Part shown: one piece after another, positions 43,801-57,500 of the stretch
How positions within the stretch are numbered: the stretch's first letter is position 1
How the letters are laid out: each line of letters begins with the position of its first letter
NCBI GenBank assembly: GCA_964057225.1
Contig: OZ059896.1
Coordinates: 20,088,001 to 20,152,000 of the forward strand
DNA: 64,000 nt
From: Auanema rhodensis
Lineage: Eukaryota; Animalia; Nematoda
Direction of reading: 5' to 3'
Translations under genes and position numbers: made by a program
Notes under the pieces: generated by a model
Told to the model about the DNA's origin: nothing
The model's database searches: none
What the model saw: the letters and a program-made list of their open reading frames with translations, nothing else

Positions 43801-44225
43801 AGGATATAAGTGTGAACTTATATCAGTTGATATCTCGGTGCATTTTTAAGCTAGCGCAAATCTGATAACACAGATCGACGCAGCTTAAAAATCCGCATCG
43901 AATGCACTAAACTACATTGAGAAACGCTTAATACAAAAATTAGTTATGATCGTTTGAAAAATGATGCATTAGTGTATGTTGAGTTTCCATGTACACTCAA
44001 CATTGCTTCCAAGAACATTTTGACAAAAATTTTTTCGAAAAATTTCAAATTAATTTAGCAAAAAGTAGATGTTTTTAGATACCTTTATTCAAGGCAAAGA
44101 CGATGGACAATGTTATTCAACGAAAAAATTAATTCTTCAGGGTGAAAATCGAGGATATAAGTGTGAACTTATATCAGTTGATATCTCGGTGCATTTTTAA
44201 GCTAGCGCAAATCTGATAACACAGA

Positions 44226-47200
44226 TCGACGCAGCTTAAAAATCCGCATCGAATGCACTATACTACATTGAGAAACGCTTAATACAAAAATTAGTTATGA
44301 TCGTTTGAAAAATGATGCATTAGTGTATGTTGAGTTTCCATGTACACTCAACATTGCTTCCAAAAACATTTTGACAAAAATTTTTTCGAAAAATTTCAAA
44401 ATAATTTAGCAAAAAGTAGATGTTTTTAGATTCCATTTTTCAAGGCAAAGACGAAGGACAATGTTATTCAACGAAAAAATTAATTCTTCAGGGTGAAAAT
44501 CGAGGATATAAGTGTGAACTTATATCAGTTGATATCTCGGTGCATTTTTAAGCTAGCGCAAATCTGATAACACAGATCGACGCAGCTTAAAAATCCGCAT
44601 CGAATGCACTATACTACATTGAGAAACGCTTAATACAAAAATTAGTTATGATCGTTTGAAAAATGATGCATTAGTGTATGTTGAGTTTCCATGTACACTC
44701 AACATTGCTTCCAAAAACATTTTGACAAAAATTTTTTCGAAAAATTTCAAAATAATTTAGCAAAAAGTAGATGTTTTTAGATTCCATTTTTCAAGGCAAA
44801 GACGAAGGACAATGTTATTCAACGAAAAAATTAATTCTTCAGGGTGAAAATCGAGGATATAAGTGTGAACTCATATCAGTTGATATCTCGGTGCATTTTT
44901 AAGCTAGCGCAAATCTGATAACACAGATCGACGCAGCTTAAAAATCCGCATCGAATGCACTATACTACATTGAGAAACGCTTAATACAAAAATTAGTTAT
45001 GATCGTTTGAAAAATGATGCATTAGTGTATGTTGAGTTTCCATGTACACTCAACATTGCTTCCAAAAACATTTTGACAAAAATTTTTTCGGAAAATTTCA
45101 AAATAATTTAGCAAAAAGTAGATGTTTTTAGATTCCATTTTTCAAAGCAAAGACGATGGACAGTGTTATTCAACGAAAAAATTAATTCTTCAGGGTGAAA
45201 ATCGAGGATATAAGTGTGAACTTATATCAGTTGATATCTCGGTGCATTTTTAAGCTAGCGCAAATCTGATAACACAGATCGACGCAGCGTAAAAATCCGC
45301 ATCGAATGCACTATACTACATTGAGAAACGCTTAATACAAAAATTAGTTATGATCGTTTGAAAAATGATGCATTAGTGTATGTTGAGTTTCCATGTACAC
45401 TCAACATTGCTTCCAAAAACATTTTGACAAAAATTTTTTCGAAAAATTTCAAAATAATTTAGCAAAAAGTAGATGTTTTTAGATTCCATTTTTCAAGGCA
45501 AAGACGATGGACAATGTTATTCAACGGAAAAATTATTTCTTCAGGGTGAAAATCGAGGATATAAGTGTGAACTTATATCAGTTGATATCTCGGTGCATTT
45601 TTAAGCTAGCGCAAATCTGATAACACAGATCGACGCAGCTTAAAAATCCGCATCGAATGCACTATACTACATTGAAAAACGCTTGATACAAAAATTAGTT
45701 ATGATCGTTTGAAAAATGATGCATTAGTGTATGTTGAGTTTCCATGTACACTCAACATTGCTTCCAAAAACATTTTGACAAAAATTTTTTCGAAAAATTT
45801 CAAAATAATTTAGCAAAAAGTAGATGTTTTTAGATTCCATTTTTCAAGGCAAAGACGAAGGACAATGTTATTCAACGAAAAAATTAATTCTTCAGGGTGA
45901 AAATCGAGGATATAAGTGTGAACTTATATCAGTTGATATCTCGGTGCATTTTTAAGCTAGCGCAAATCTGATAACACAGATCGACGCAGCTTAAAAATCC
46001 GCATCGAATGCACTATACTACATTGAGAAACGCTTAATACAAAAATTAGTTATGATCGTTTGAAAAATGATGCATTAGTGTATGTTGAGTTTCCATGTAC
46101 ACTCAACATTGCTTCCAAAAACATTTTGACAAAAATTTTTTCGAAAAATTTCAAAATAATTTAGCAAAAAGTAGATGTTTTTAGATTCCATTTTTCAAGG
46201 CAAAGACGAAGGACAATGTTATTCAACGAAAAAATTAATTCTTCAGGGTGAAAATCGAGGATATAAGTGTGAACTTATATCAGTTGATATCTCGGTGCAT
46301 TTTTAAGCTAGCGCAAATCTGATAACACAGATCGACGCAGCTTAAAAATCCGCATCGAATGCACTATACTACATTGAGAAACGCTTAATACAAAAATTAG
46401 TTATGATCGTTTGAAAAATGATGCATTAGTGTATGTTGAGTTTCCATGTACACTCAACATTGCTTCCAAAAACATTTTGACAAAAATTTTTTCGGAAAAT
46501 TTCAAAATAATTTAGCAAAAAGTAGATGTTTTTAGATTCCATTTTTCAAAGCAAAGACGATGGACAGTGTTATTCAACGAAAAAATTAATTCTTCAGGGT
46601 GAAAATCGAGGATATAAGTGTGAACTTATATCAGTTGATATCTCGGTGCATTTTTAAGCTAGCGCAAATCTGATAACACAGATCGACGCAGCGTAAAAAT
46701 CCGCATCGAATGCACTATACTACATTGAGAAACGCTTAATACAAAAATTAGTTATGATCGTTTGAAAAATGATGCATTAGTGTATGTTGAGTTTCCATGT
46801 ACACTCAACATTGCTTCCAAAAACATTTTGACAAAAATTTTTTCGAAAAATTTCAAAATAATTTAGCAAAAAGTAGATGTTTTTAGATTCCATTTTTCAA
46901 GGCAAAGACGATGGACAATGTTATTCAACGGAAAAATTATTTCTTCAGGGTGAAAATCGAGGATATAAGTGTGAACTTATATCAGTTGATATCTCGGTGC
47001 ATTTTTAAGCTAGCGCAAATCTGATAACACAGATCGACGCAGCTTAAAAATCCGCATCGAATGCACTATACTACATTGAAAAACGCTTGATACAAAAATT
47101 AGTTATGATCGTTTGAAAAATGATGCATTAGTGTATGTTGAGTTTCCATGTACACTCAACATTGCTTCCAAAAACATTTTGACAAAAATTTTTTCGAAAA

Positions 47201-48500
47201 ATTTCAAAATAATTTAGCAAAAAGTAGATGTTTTTAGATTCCATTTTTCAAGGCAAAGACGAAGGACAATGTTATTCAACGAAAAAATTAATTCTTCAGG
47301 GTGAAAATCGAGGATATAAGTGTGAACTTATATCAGTTGATATCTCGGTGCATTTTTAAGCTAGCGCAAATCTGATAACACAGATCGACGCAGCTTAAAA
47401 ATCCGCATCGAATGCACTATACTACATTGAGAAACGCTTAATACAAAAATTAGTTATGATCGTTTGAAAAATGATGCATTAGTGTATGTTGAGTTTCCAT
47501 GTACACTCAACATTGCTTCCAAAAACATTTTGACAAAAATTTTTTCGAAAAATTTCAAAATAATTTAGCAAAAAGTAGATGTTTTTAGATTCCATTTTTC
47601 AAGGCAAAGACGAAGGACAATGTTATTCAACGAAAAAATTAATTCTTCAGGGTGAAAATCGAGGATATAAGTGTGAACTTATATCAGTTGATATCTCGGT
47701 GCATTTTTAAGCTAGCGCAAATCTGATAACACAGATCGACGCAGCTTAAAAATCCGCATCGAATGCACTATACTACATTGAGAAACGCTTAATACAAAAA
47801 TTAGTTATGATCGTTTGAAAAATGATGCATTAGTGTATGTTGAGTTTCCATGTACACTCAACATTGCTTCCAAAAACATTTTGACAAAAATTTTTTCGGA
47901 AAATTTCAAAATAATTTAGCAAAAAGTAGATGTTTTTAGATTCCATTTTTCAAAGCAAAGACGATGGACAGTGTTATTCAACGAAAAAATTAATTCTTCA
48001 GGGTGAAAATCGAGGATATAAGTGTGAACTTATATCAGTTGATATCTCGGTGCATTTTTAAGCTAGCGCAAATCTGATAACACAGATCGACGCAGCGTAA
48101 AAATCCGCATCGAATGCACTATACTACATTGAGAAACGCTTAATACAAAAATTAGTTATGATCGTTTGAAAAATGATGCATTAGTGTATGTTGAGTTTCC
48201 ATGTACACTCAACATTGCTTCCAAAAACATTTTGACAAAAATTTTTTCGAAAAATTTCAAAATAATTTAGCAAAAAGTAGATGTTTTTAGATTCCATTTT
48301 TCAAGGCAAAGACGATGGACAATGTTATTCAACGGAAAAATTATTTCTTCAGGGTGAAAATCGAGGATATAAGTGTGAACTTATATCAGTTGATATCTCG
48401 GTGCATTTTTAAGCTAGCGCAAATCTGATAACACAGATCGACGCAGCTTAAAAATCCGCATCGAATGCACTATACTACATTGAAAAACGCTTGATACAAA
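44226..48500. repeat. 4-monomer (1404-bp) higher-order repeat, three tandem copies
   Basis: TTCGGAAAA variant at 45091, 46495 and 47899; GCAGCGTAA variant at 45289, 46693 and 48097. Confidence 0.92.
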
Positions 48501-51500
48501 AATTAGTTATGATCGTTTGAAAAATGATGCATTAGTGTATGTTGAGTTTCCATGTACACTCAACATTGCTTCCAAAAACATTTTGACAAAAATTTTTTCG
48601 AAAAATTTCAAAATAATTTAGCAAAAAGTAGATGTTTTTAGATTCCATTTTTCAAGGCAAAGACGATGGACAATGTTATTCAACGAAAAAATTAATTCTT
48701 CAGGGTGAAAATCGAGGATATAAGTGTGAACTTATATCAGTTGATATCTCGGTGCATTTTTAAGCTAGCGCAAATCTGATAACACAGATCGACGCAGCTT
48801 AAAAATCCGCATCGAATGCACTAAACTACATTGAGAAACGCTTTATACAAAAATTAGTTATGATCGTTTGAAAAATGATGCATTAGTGTATGTTGAGTTT
48901 CCATGTACACTCAACATTGCTTCCAAAAACATTTTGACAAAAATTTTTTCGAAAAATTTCAAAATAATTTAGCAAAAAGTAGATGTTTTTAGATTCCATT
49001 TTTCAAGGCAAAGACGATGGACAGTGTTATTCAACGAAAAAATTAATTCTTCAGGGTGAAAATCGAGGATATAAGTGTGAACTTATATCAGTTGATATCT
49101 CGGTGCATTTTTAAGCTAGCGCAAATCTGATAACACAGATCGACGCAGCTTAAAAATGCGCATCGAATGCACTATACTACATTGAGAAACGCTTGATACA
49201 AAAATTAGTTATGATCGTTTGAAAAATGATGCATTAGTGTATGTTGAGTTTCCATGTACACTCAACATTGCTTCCAAAAACATTTTGACAAAAATTTTTT
49301 CGAAAAATTTCAAAATAATTTAGCAAAAAGTAGATGTTTTTAGATTCCATTTTTCAAGGCAAAGACGAAGGACAATGTTATTCAACGAAAAAATTAATTC
49401 TTCAGGGTGAAAATCGAGGATATAAGTGTGAACTTATATCAGTTGATATCTCGGTGCATTTTTAAGCTAGCGCAAATCTGATAACACAGATCGACGCAGC
49501 TTAAAAATCCGCATCGAATGCACTATACTACATTGAGAAACGCTTAATACAAAAATTAGTTATGATCGTTTGAAAAATGATGCATTAGTGTATGTTGAGT
49601 TTCCATGTACACTCAACATTGCTTCCAAAAACATTTTGACAAAAATTTTTTCGAAAAATTTCAAAATAATTTAGCAAAAAGTAGATGTTTTTAGATTCCA
49701 TTTTTCAAAGCAAAGACGATGGACAGTGTTATTCAACGAAAAAATTAATTCTTCAGGGTGAAAATCGAGGATATAAGTGTGAACTTATATCAGTTGATAT
49801 CTCGGTGCATTTTCAAGCTAGCGCAAATCTGATAACACAGATCGACGCAGCTTAAAAATGCGCATCGAATGCACTATACTACATTGAGAAACGCTTGATA
49901 CAAAAATTAGTTATGATCGTTTGAAAAATGATGCATTAGTGTATGTTGAGTTTCCATGTACACTCAACATTGCTTCCAAAAACATTTTGACAAAAATTTT
50001 TTCGAAAAATTTCAAAATAATTTAGCAAAAAGTAGATGTTTTTAGATTCCATTTTTCAAGGCAAAGACGAAGGACAATGTTATTCAACGAAAAAATTAAT
50101 TCTTCAGGGTGAAAATCGAGGATATAAGTGTGAACTTATATCAGTTGATATCTCGGTGCATTTCTAAGCTAGCGCAAATCTGATAACACAGATCGACGCA
50201 GCTTAAAAATCCGCATCGAATGCACTATACTACATTGAGAAACGCTTAATACAAAAATTAGTTATGATCGTTTGAAAAATGATGCATTAGTGTATGTTGA
50301 GTTTCCATGTACACTCAACATTGCTTCCAAAAACATTTTGACAAAAATTTTTTCGAAAAATTTCAAAATAATTTAGCAAAAAGTAGATGTTTTTAGATTC
50401 CATTTTTCAAAGCAAAGACGATGGACAGTGTTATTCAACGAAAAAATTAATTCTTCAGGGTGAAAATCGAGGATATAAGTGTGAACTTATATCAGTTGAT
50501 ATCTCGGTGCATTTTTAAGCTAGCGCAAATCTGATAACACAGATCGACGCAGCGTAAAAATCCGCATCGAATGCACTATACTACATTGAGAAACGCTTAA
50601 TACAAAAATTAGTTATGATCGTTTGAAAAATGATGCATTAGTGTATGTTGAGTTTCCATGTACACTCTACATTGCTTCCAAAAACATTTTGACAAAAATT
50701 TTTTCGAAAAATTTCGAAATAATTTAGCAAAAAGTAGATGTTTTTAGATTCCTTTATTCAAGGCAAAGACGATGGACAATGTTATTCAACGAAAAAATTA
50801 ATTCTTTAGGGTGAAAATCGTCGAGGATATAAGTGTGAACTTATATCAGTTGATATCTTGGTGCATTTTTAAGCTAGCGCAAATCTGATAACACAGATCG
50901 ACGCAGCTTAAAAATCCGCATCGAATGCACTATACTACATTGAGAAACGCTTAATACAAAAATTAGTTATGATCGTTTGAAAAATGATGCATTAGTGTAT
51001 GTTGAGTTTCCATGTACACTCAACATTGCTTCCAAAAACATTTTGACAAAAATTTTTTCGAAAAATTTCAAAATAATTTAGCAAAAAGTAGATGTTTTTA
51101 GATTCCTTTATTCAAGGCAAAGACGATGGACAATGTTATTCAACGAAAAAATTAATTCTTCAGGGTGAAAATCGAGGATATAAGTGTGAACTTATATCAG
51201 TTGATATCTCGGTGCATTTTTAAGCTAGCGCAAATCTGATAACACAGATCGACGCAGCTTAAAAATCCGAATCGAATGCACTATACTACATTGAGAAACG
51301 CTTGATACAAAAATTAGTTATGATCGTTTGAAAAATGATGCATTAGTGTATGTTGAGTTTCCATGTACACTCAACATTGCTTCCAAAAACATTTTGACAA
51401 AAATTTTTTCGAAAAATTTCAAAATAATTTAGCAAAAAGTAGATGTTTTTAGATTCCTTTTTTCAAGGCAAAGACGATGGACAATGTTATTCAACGAAAA

Positions 51501-54500
51501 AATTATTCCTTCAGGGTGAAAATCGAGGATATAAGTGTGAACTTATATCAGTTGATATTTCGGTGCATTTTTAAGCTAGCGCAAATCTGATAACACAGAT
51601 CGACGCAGCTTAAAAATCCGCATCGAATGCACTATACTACATTGAGAAACGCTTAATACAAAAATTAGTTATGATCGTTTGAAAAATGATGCATTAGTGT
51701 ATGTTGAGTTTCCATGTACACTCAACATTGCTTCCAAAAACATTTTGACAAAAATTTTTTCGAAAAATTTCAAAATAATTTAGCAAAAAGTAGATGTTTT
51801 TAGATTCCAGTTTTCAAGGCAAAGACGATGGACAATGTTATTCAACGAAAAAATTAATTCTTCAGGGTGAAAATCGAGGATATATGTGTGAACTTATATC
51901 AGTTGATATCTCGGTGCATTTTTAAGCTAGCGCAAATCTGATAACACAGATCGACGCAGCTTAAAAATCCGCATCGAATGCACTATATTACATTGAGAAA
52001 CGCTTAATACAAAAATTAGTTATGATCGTTTGAAAAATGATGCATTAGTGTATGTTGAGTTTCCATGTACACTCAACATTGCTTCCAAAAACATTTTGAC
52101 AAAAATTTTTTCGAAAAATTTCAAAATAATTTAGCAAAAAGTAGATGTTTTTAGATTCCTTTTTTCAAGGCAAAGACGATGGACAATGTTATTCAACGAA
52201 AAAATTATTCCTTCAGGGTGAAAATCGAGGATATAAGTGTGAACTTATATCAGTTGATATTTCGGTGCATTTTTAAGCTAGCGCAAATCTGATAACACAG
52301 ATCGACGCAGCTTAAAAATCCGCATCGAATGCACTATACTACATTGAGAAACGCTTAATACAAAAATTAGTTATGATCGTTTGAAAAATGATGCATTAGT
52401 GTATGTTGAGTTTCCATGTACACTCAACATTGCTTCCAAAAACATTTTGACAAAAATTTTTTCGAAAAATTTCAGAATAATTTAGCAAAAAGTAGATGTT
52501 TTTAGATTCCAGTTTTCAAGGCAAAGACGATGGACAATGTTATTCAACGAAAAAATTAATTCTTCAGGGTGAAAATCGAGGATATATGTGTGAACTTATA
52601 TCAGTTGATATCTCGGTGCATTTTTAAGCTAGCGCAAATCTGATAACACAGATCGACGCAGCTTAAAAATCCGCATCGAATGCACTATACTACATTGAAA
52701 AACGCTTAATACAAAAATTAGTTATGATCGTTTGAAAAATGATGCATTAGTGTATGTTGAGTTTCCATGTACACTCAACATTGCTTCCAAAAACATTTTG
52801 ACAAAAATTTTTTCGAAAAATTTCAAAATAATTTAGCAAAAAGTAGATGTTTTTAGATTCCAGTTTTCAAGGCAAAGACGATGGACAATGTTATTCAACG
52901 AAAAAATTAATTCTTCAGGGTGAAAATCGAGGATATATGTGTGAACTTATATCAGTTGATATCTCGGTGCATTTTTAAGCTAGCGCAAATCTGATAACAC
53001 AGATCGACGCAGCTTAAAAATCCGCATCGAATGCACTATACTACATTGAGAAACGCTTAATACAAAAATTAGTTATGATCGTTTGAAAAATGATGCATTA
53101 GTGTATGTTGAGTTTCCATGTACACTCAACATTGCTTCCAAAAACATTTTGACAAAAATTTTTTCGAAAAATTTCAAAATAATTTAGCAAAAAGTAGATG
53201 TTTTTAGATTCCTTTTTTCAAGGCAAAGACGATGGACAATGTTATTCAACGAAAAAATTATTCCTTCAGGGTGAAAATCGAGGATATAAGTGTGAACTTA
53301 TATCAGTTGATATCTCGGTGCATTTTTAAGCTAGCGCAAATCTGATAACAGAGATCGACGCAGCTTAAAAATCCGCATCGAATGCACTATACTACATTAA
53401 GAAACGCTTAATACAAAAATTAGTTATGATCGTTTGAAAAATGATGCATTAGTGTATGTTGAGTTTCCATGTACACTCAACATTGCTTCCAAAAACATTT
53501 TGACAAAAATTTTTTCGAAAAATTTCAAAATAATTTAGCAAAAAGTAGATGTTTTTAGATTCCATTTTTCAAGGCAACGACGATGGACAGTGTTATTCAA
53601 CGAAAAAATTAATTCTTCAGGGTGAAAATCGAGGATATAAGTGTGAACTTATATCAGTTGATATCTCGGTGCATTTTTAAGCTAGCGCAAATCTGATAAC
53701 ACAGATCGACGCAGCTTAAAAATGCGCATCGAATGCACTATACTACATTGAGAAACCCTTGATACAAAAATTAGTTATGATCGTTTGAAAAATGATGCAT
53801 TAGTGTATGTTGAGTTTCCATGTACACTCAACATTGCTTCCAAAAACATTTTGACAAAAATTTTTTCGAAAAATTTCAAAATAATTTAGCAAAAAGTAGA
53901 TGTTTTTAGATTCCTTTTTTCAAGGCAAAGACGATGGACAATGTTATTCAACGAAAAAATTATTCCTTCAGGGTGAAAATCGAGGATATAAGTGTGAACT
54001 TATATCAGTTGATATCTCGGTGCATTTTTAAGCTAGCGCAAATCTGATAACAGAGATCGACGCAGCTTAAAAATCCGCATCGAATGCACTATACTACATT
54101 AAGAAACGCTTAATACAAAAATTAGTTATGATCGTTTGAAAAATGATGCATTAGTGTATGTTGAGTTTCCATGTACACTCAACATTGCTTCCAAAAACAT
54201 TTTGACAAAAATTTTTTCGAAAAATTTCAAAATAATTTAGCAAAAAGTAGATGTTTTTAGATTCCATTTTTCAAGGCAACGACGATGGACAGTGTTATTC
54301 AACGAAAAAATTAATTCTTCAGGGTGAAAATCGAGGATATAAGTGTGAACTTATATCAGTTGATATCTCGGTGCATTTTTAAGCTAGCGCAAATCTGATA
54401 ACACAGATCGACGCAGCTTAAAAATGCGCATCGAATGCACTATACTACATTGAGAAACCCTTGATACAAAAATTAGTTATGATCGTTTGAAAAATGATGC

Positions 54501-57500
54501 ATTAGTGTATGTTGAGTTTCCATGTACACTCAACATTGCTTCCAAAAACATTTTGACAAAAATTTTTTCGAAAAATTTCAAAATAATTTAGCAAAAAGTA
54601 GATGTTTTTAGATTCCATTTTTCAAGGCAAAGACGATGGACAATGTTATTCAACGAAAAAATTAATTCTTCAGGGTGAAAATCGAGGATATAAGTGTGAA
54701 CTTATATCAGTTGATATCTCGGTGCATTTTTAAGCTAGCGCAAATCTGATAACACAGATCGACGCAGCTTAAAAATCCGCATCGAATGCACTATACTACA
54801 TTGAGAAACGCTTAATACAAAAATTAGTTATGATCGTTTGAAAAATGATGCATTAGTGTATGTTGAGTTTCCATGTACACTCAACATTGCTTCCAAAAAC
54901 ATTTTGACAAAAATTTTTTCGAAAAATTTCAAAATAATTTAGCAAAAAGTAGATGTTTTTAGATTCCTTTTTTCAAGGCAAAGACGATGGACAATGTTAT
55001 TCAACGAAAAAATTATTCCTTCAGGGTGAAAATCGAGGATATAAGTGTGAACTTATATCAGTTGATATCTCGGTGCATTTTTAAGCTAGCGCAAATCTGA
55101 TAACAGAGATCGACGCAGCTTAAAAATCCGCATCGAATGCACTATACTACATTGAGAAACGCTTAATACAAAAATTAGTTATGATCGTTTGAAAAATGAT
55201 GCATTAGTGTATGTTGAGTTTCCATGTACACTCAACATTGCTTCCAAAAACATTTTGACAAAAATTTTTTCAAAAAATTTCAAAATAATTTAGCAAAAAG
55301 TAGATGTTTTTAGATTCCAGTTTTCAAGGCAAAGACGATGGACAATGTTATTCAACGAAAAAATTAATTCTTCAGGGTGAAAATCGAGGATATATGTGTG
55401 AACTTATATCAGTTGATATCTCGGTGCATTTTTAAGCTAGCGCAAATCTGATAACACAGATCGACGCAGCTTAAAAATCCGCATCGAATGCACTATACTA
55501 CATTGAGAAACGCTTAATACAAAAATTAGTTATGATCGTTTGAAAAATGATGCATTAGTGTATGTTGAGTTTCCATGTACACTCAACATTGCTTCCAAAA
55601 ACATTTTGACAAAAATTTTTTCGAAAAATTTCAAAATAATTTAGCAAAAAGTAGATGTTTTTAGATTCCTTTATTCAAGGCAAAGACGATGGACAATGTT
55701 ATTCAACGAAAAAATTAATTCTTCAGGGTGAAAATCGAGGATATAAGTGTGAACTTATATCAGTTGATATCTCGGTGCATTTTTAAGCTAGCGCAAATCT
55801 GATAACACAGATCGACGCAGCTTAAAAATCCGCATCGAATGCACTATACTACATTGAGAAACGCTTAATACAAAAATTAGTTATGATCGTTTGAAAAATG
55901 ATGCATTAGTGTATGTTGAGTTTCCATGTACACTCAACATTGCTTCCAAAAACATTTTGACAAAAATTTTTTCGAAAAATTTCAAAATAATTTAGCAAAA
56001 AGTAGATGTTTTTAGATTCCTTTATTCAAGGCAAAGACGATGGACAATGTTATTCAACGAAAAAATTAATTCTTCAGGGTGAAAATCGAGGATATAAGTG
56101 TGAACTTATATCAGTTGATATCTCGGTGCATTTTTAAGCTAGCGCAAATCTGATAACACAGATCGACGCAGCTTAAAAATCCGCATCGAATGCACTATAC
56201 TACATTGAGAAACGCTTAATACAAAAATTAGTTATGATCGTTTGAAAAATGATGCATTAGTGTATGTTGAGTTTCCATGTACACTCAACATTGCTTCCAA
56301 AAACATTTTGACAAAAATTTTTTCGAAAAATTTCAAAATAATTTAGCAAAAAGTAGATGTTTTTAGATTCCATTTTTCAAGGCAAAGACGATGGACAGTG
56401 TTATTCAACGAAAAAATTAATTCTTCAGGGTGAAAATCGAGGATATAAGTGTGAACTTATATCAGTTGATATCTCGGTGCATTTTTAAGCTAGCGCAAAT
56501 CTGATAACACAGATCGACGCAGCTTAAAAATCCGCATCGAATGCACTATACTACATTGAGAAACGCTTAATACAAAAATTAGTTATGATCGTTTGAAAAA
56601 TGATGCATTAGTGTATGTTGAGTTTCCATGTACACTCAACATTGCTTCCAAAAACATTTTGACAAAAATTTTTTCGAAAAATTTCAAAATAATTTAGCAA
56701 AAAGTAGATGTTTTTAGATTCCATTTTTCAAGGCAAAGACGATGGACAGTGTTATTCAACGAAAAAATTAATTCTTCAGGGTGAAAATCGAGGATATAAG
56801 TGTGAACTTATATCAGTTGATATCTCGGTGCATTTTTAAGCTAGCGCAAATCTGATAACACAGATCGACGCAGCTTAAAAATCCGCATCGAATGCACTAA
56901 ACTACATTGAGAAACGCTTAATACAAAAATTAGTTATGATCGTTTGAAAAATGATGCATTAGTGTATGTTGAGTTTCCATGTACACTCAACATTGCTTCC
57001 AAAAACATTTTGACAAAAATTTTTTCGAAAAATTTCAAAATAATTTAGCAAAAAGTAGATGTTTTTAGATTCCAGTTTTCAAGGCAAAGACGATGGACAA
57101 TGTTATTCAACGAAAAAATTAATTCTTCAGGGTGAAAATCGAGGATATATGTGTGAACTTATATCAGTTGATATCTCGGTGCATTTTTAAGCTAGCGCAA
57201 ATCTGATAACACAGATCGACGCAGCTTAAAAATCCGCATCGAATGCACTATACTACATTGAGAAACGCTTAATACAAAAATTAGTTATGATCGTTTGAAA
57301 AATGATGCATTAGTGTATGTTGAGTTTCCATGTACACTCAACATTGCTTCCAAAAACATTTTGACAAAAATTTTTTCGAAAAATTTCAAAATAATTTAGC
57401 AAAAAGTAGATGTTTTTAGATTCCTTTTTTCAAGGCAAAGACGATGGACAATGTTATTCAACGAAAAAATTATTCCTTCAGGGTGAAAATCGAGGATATA

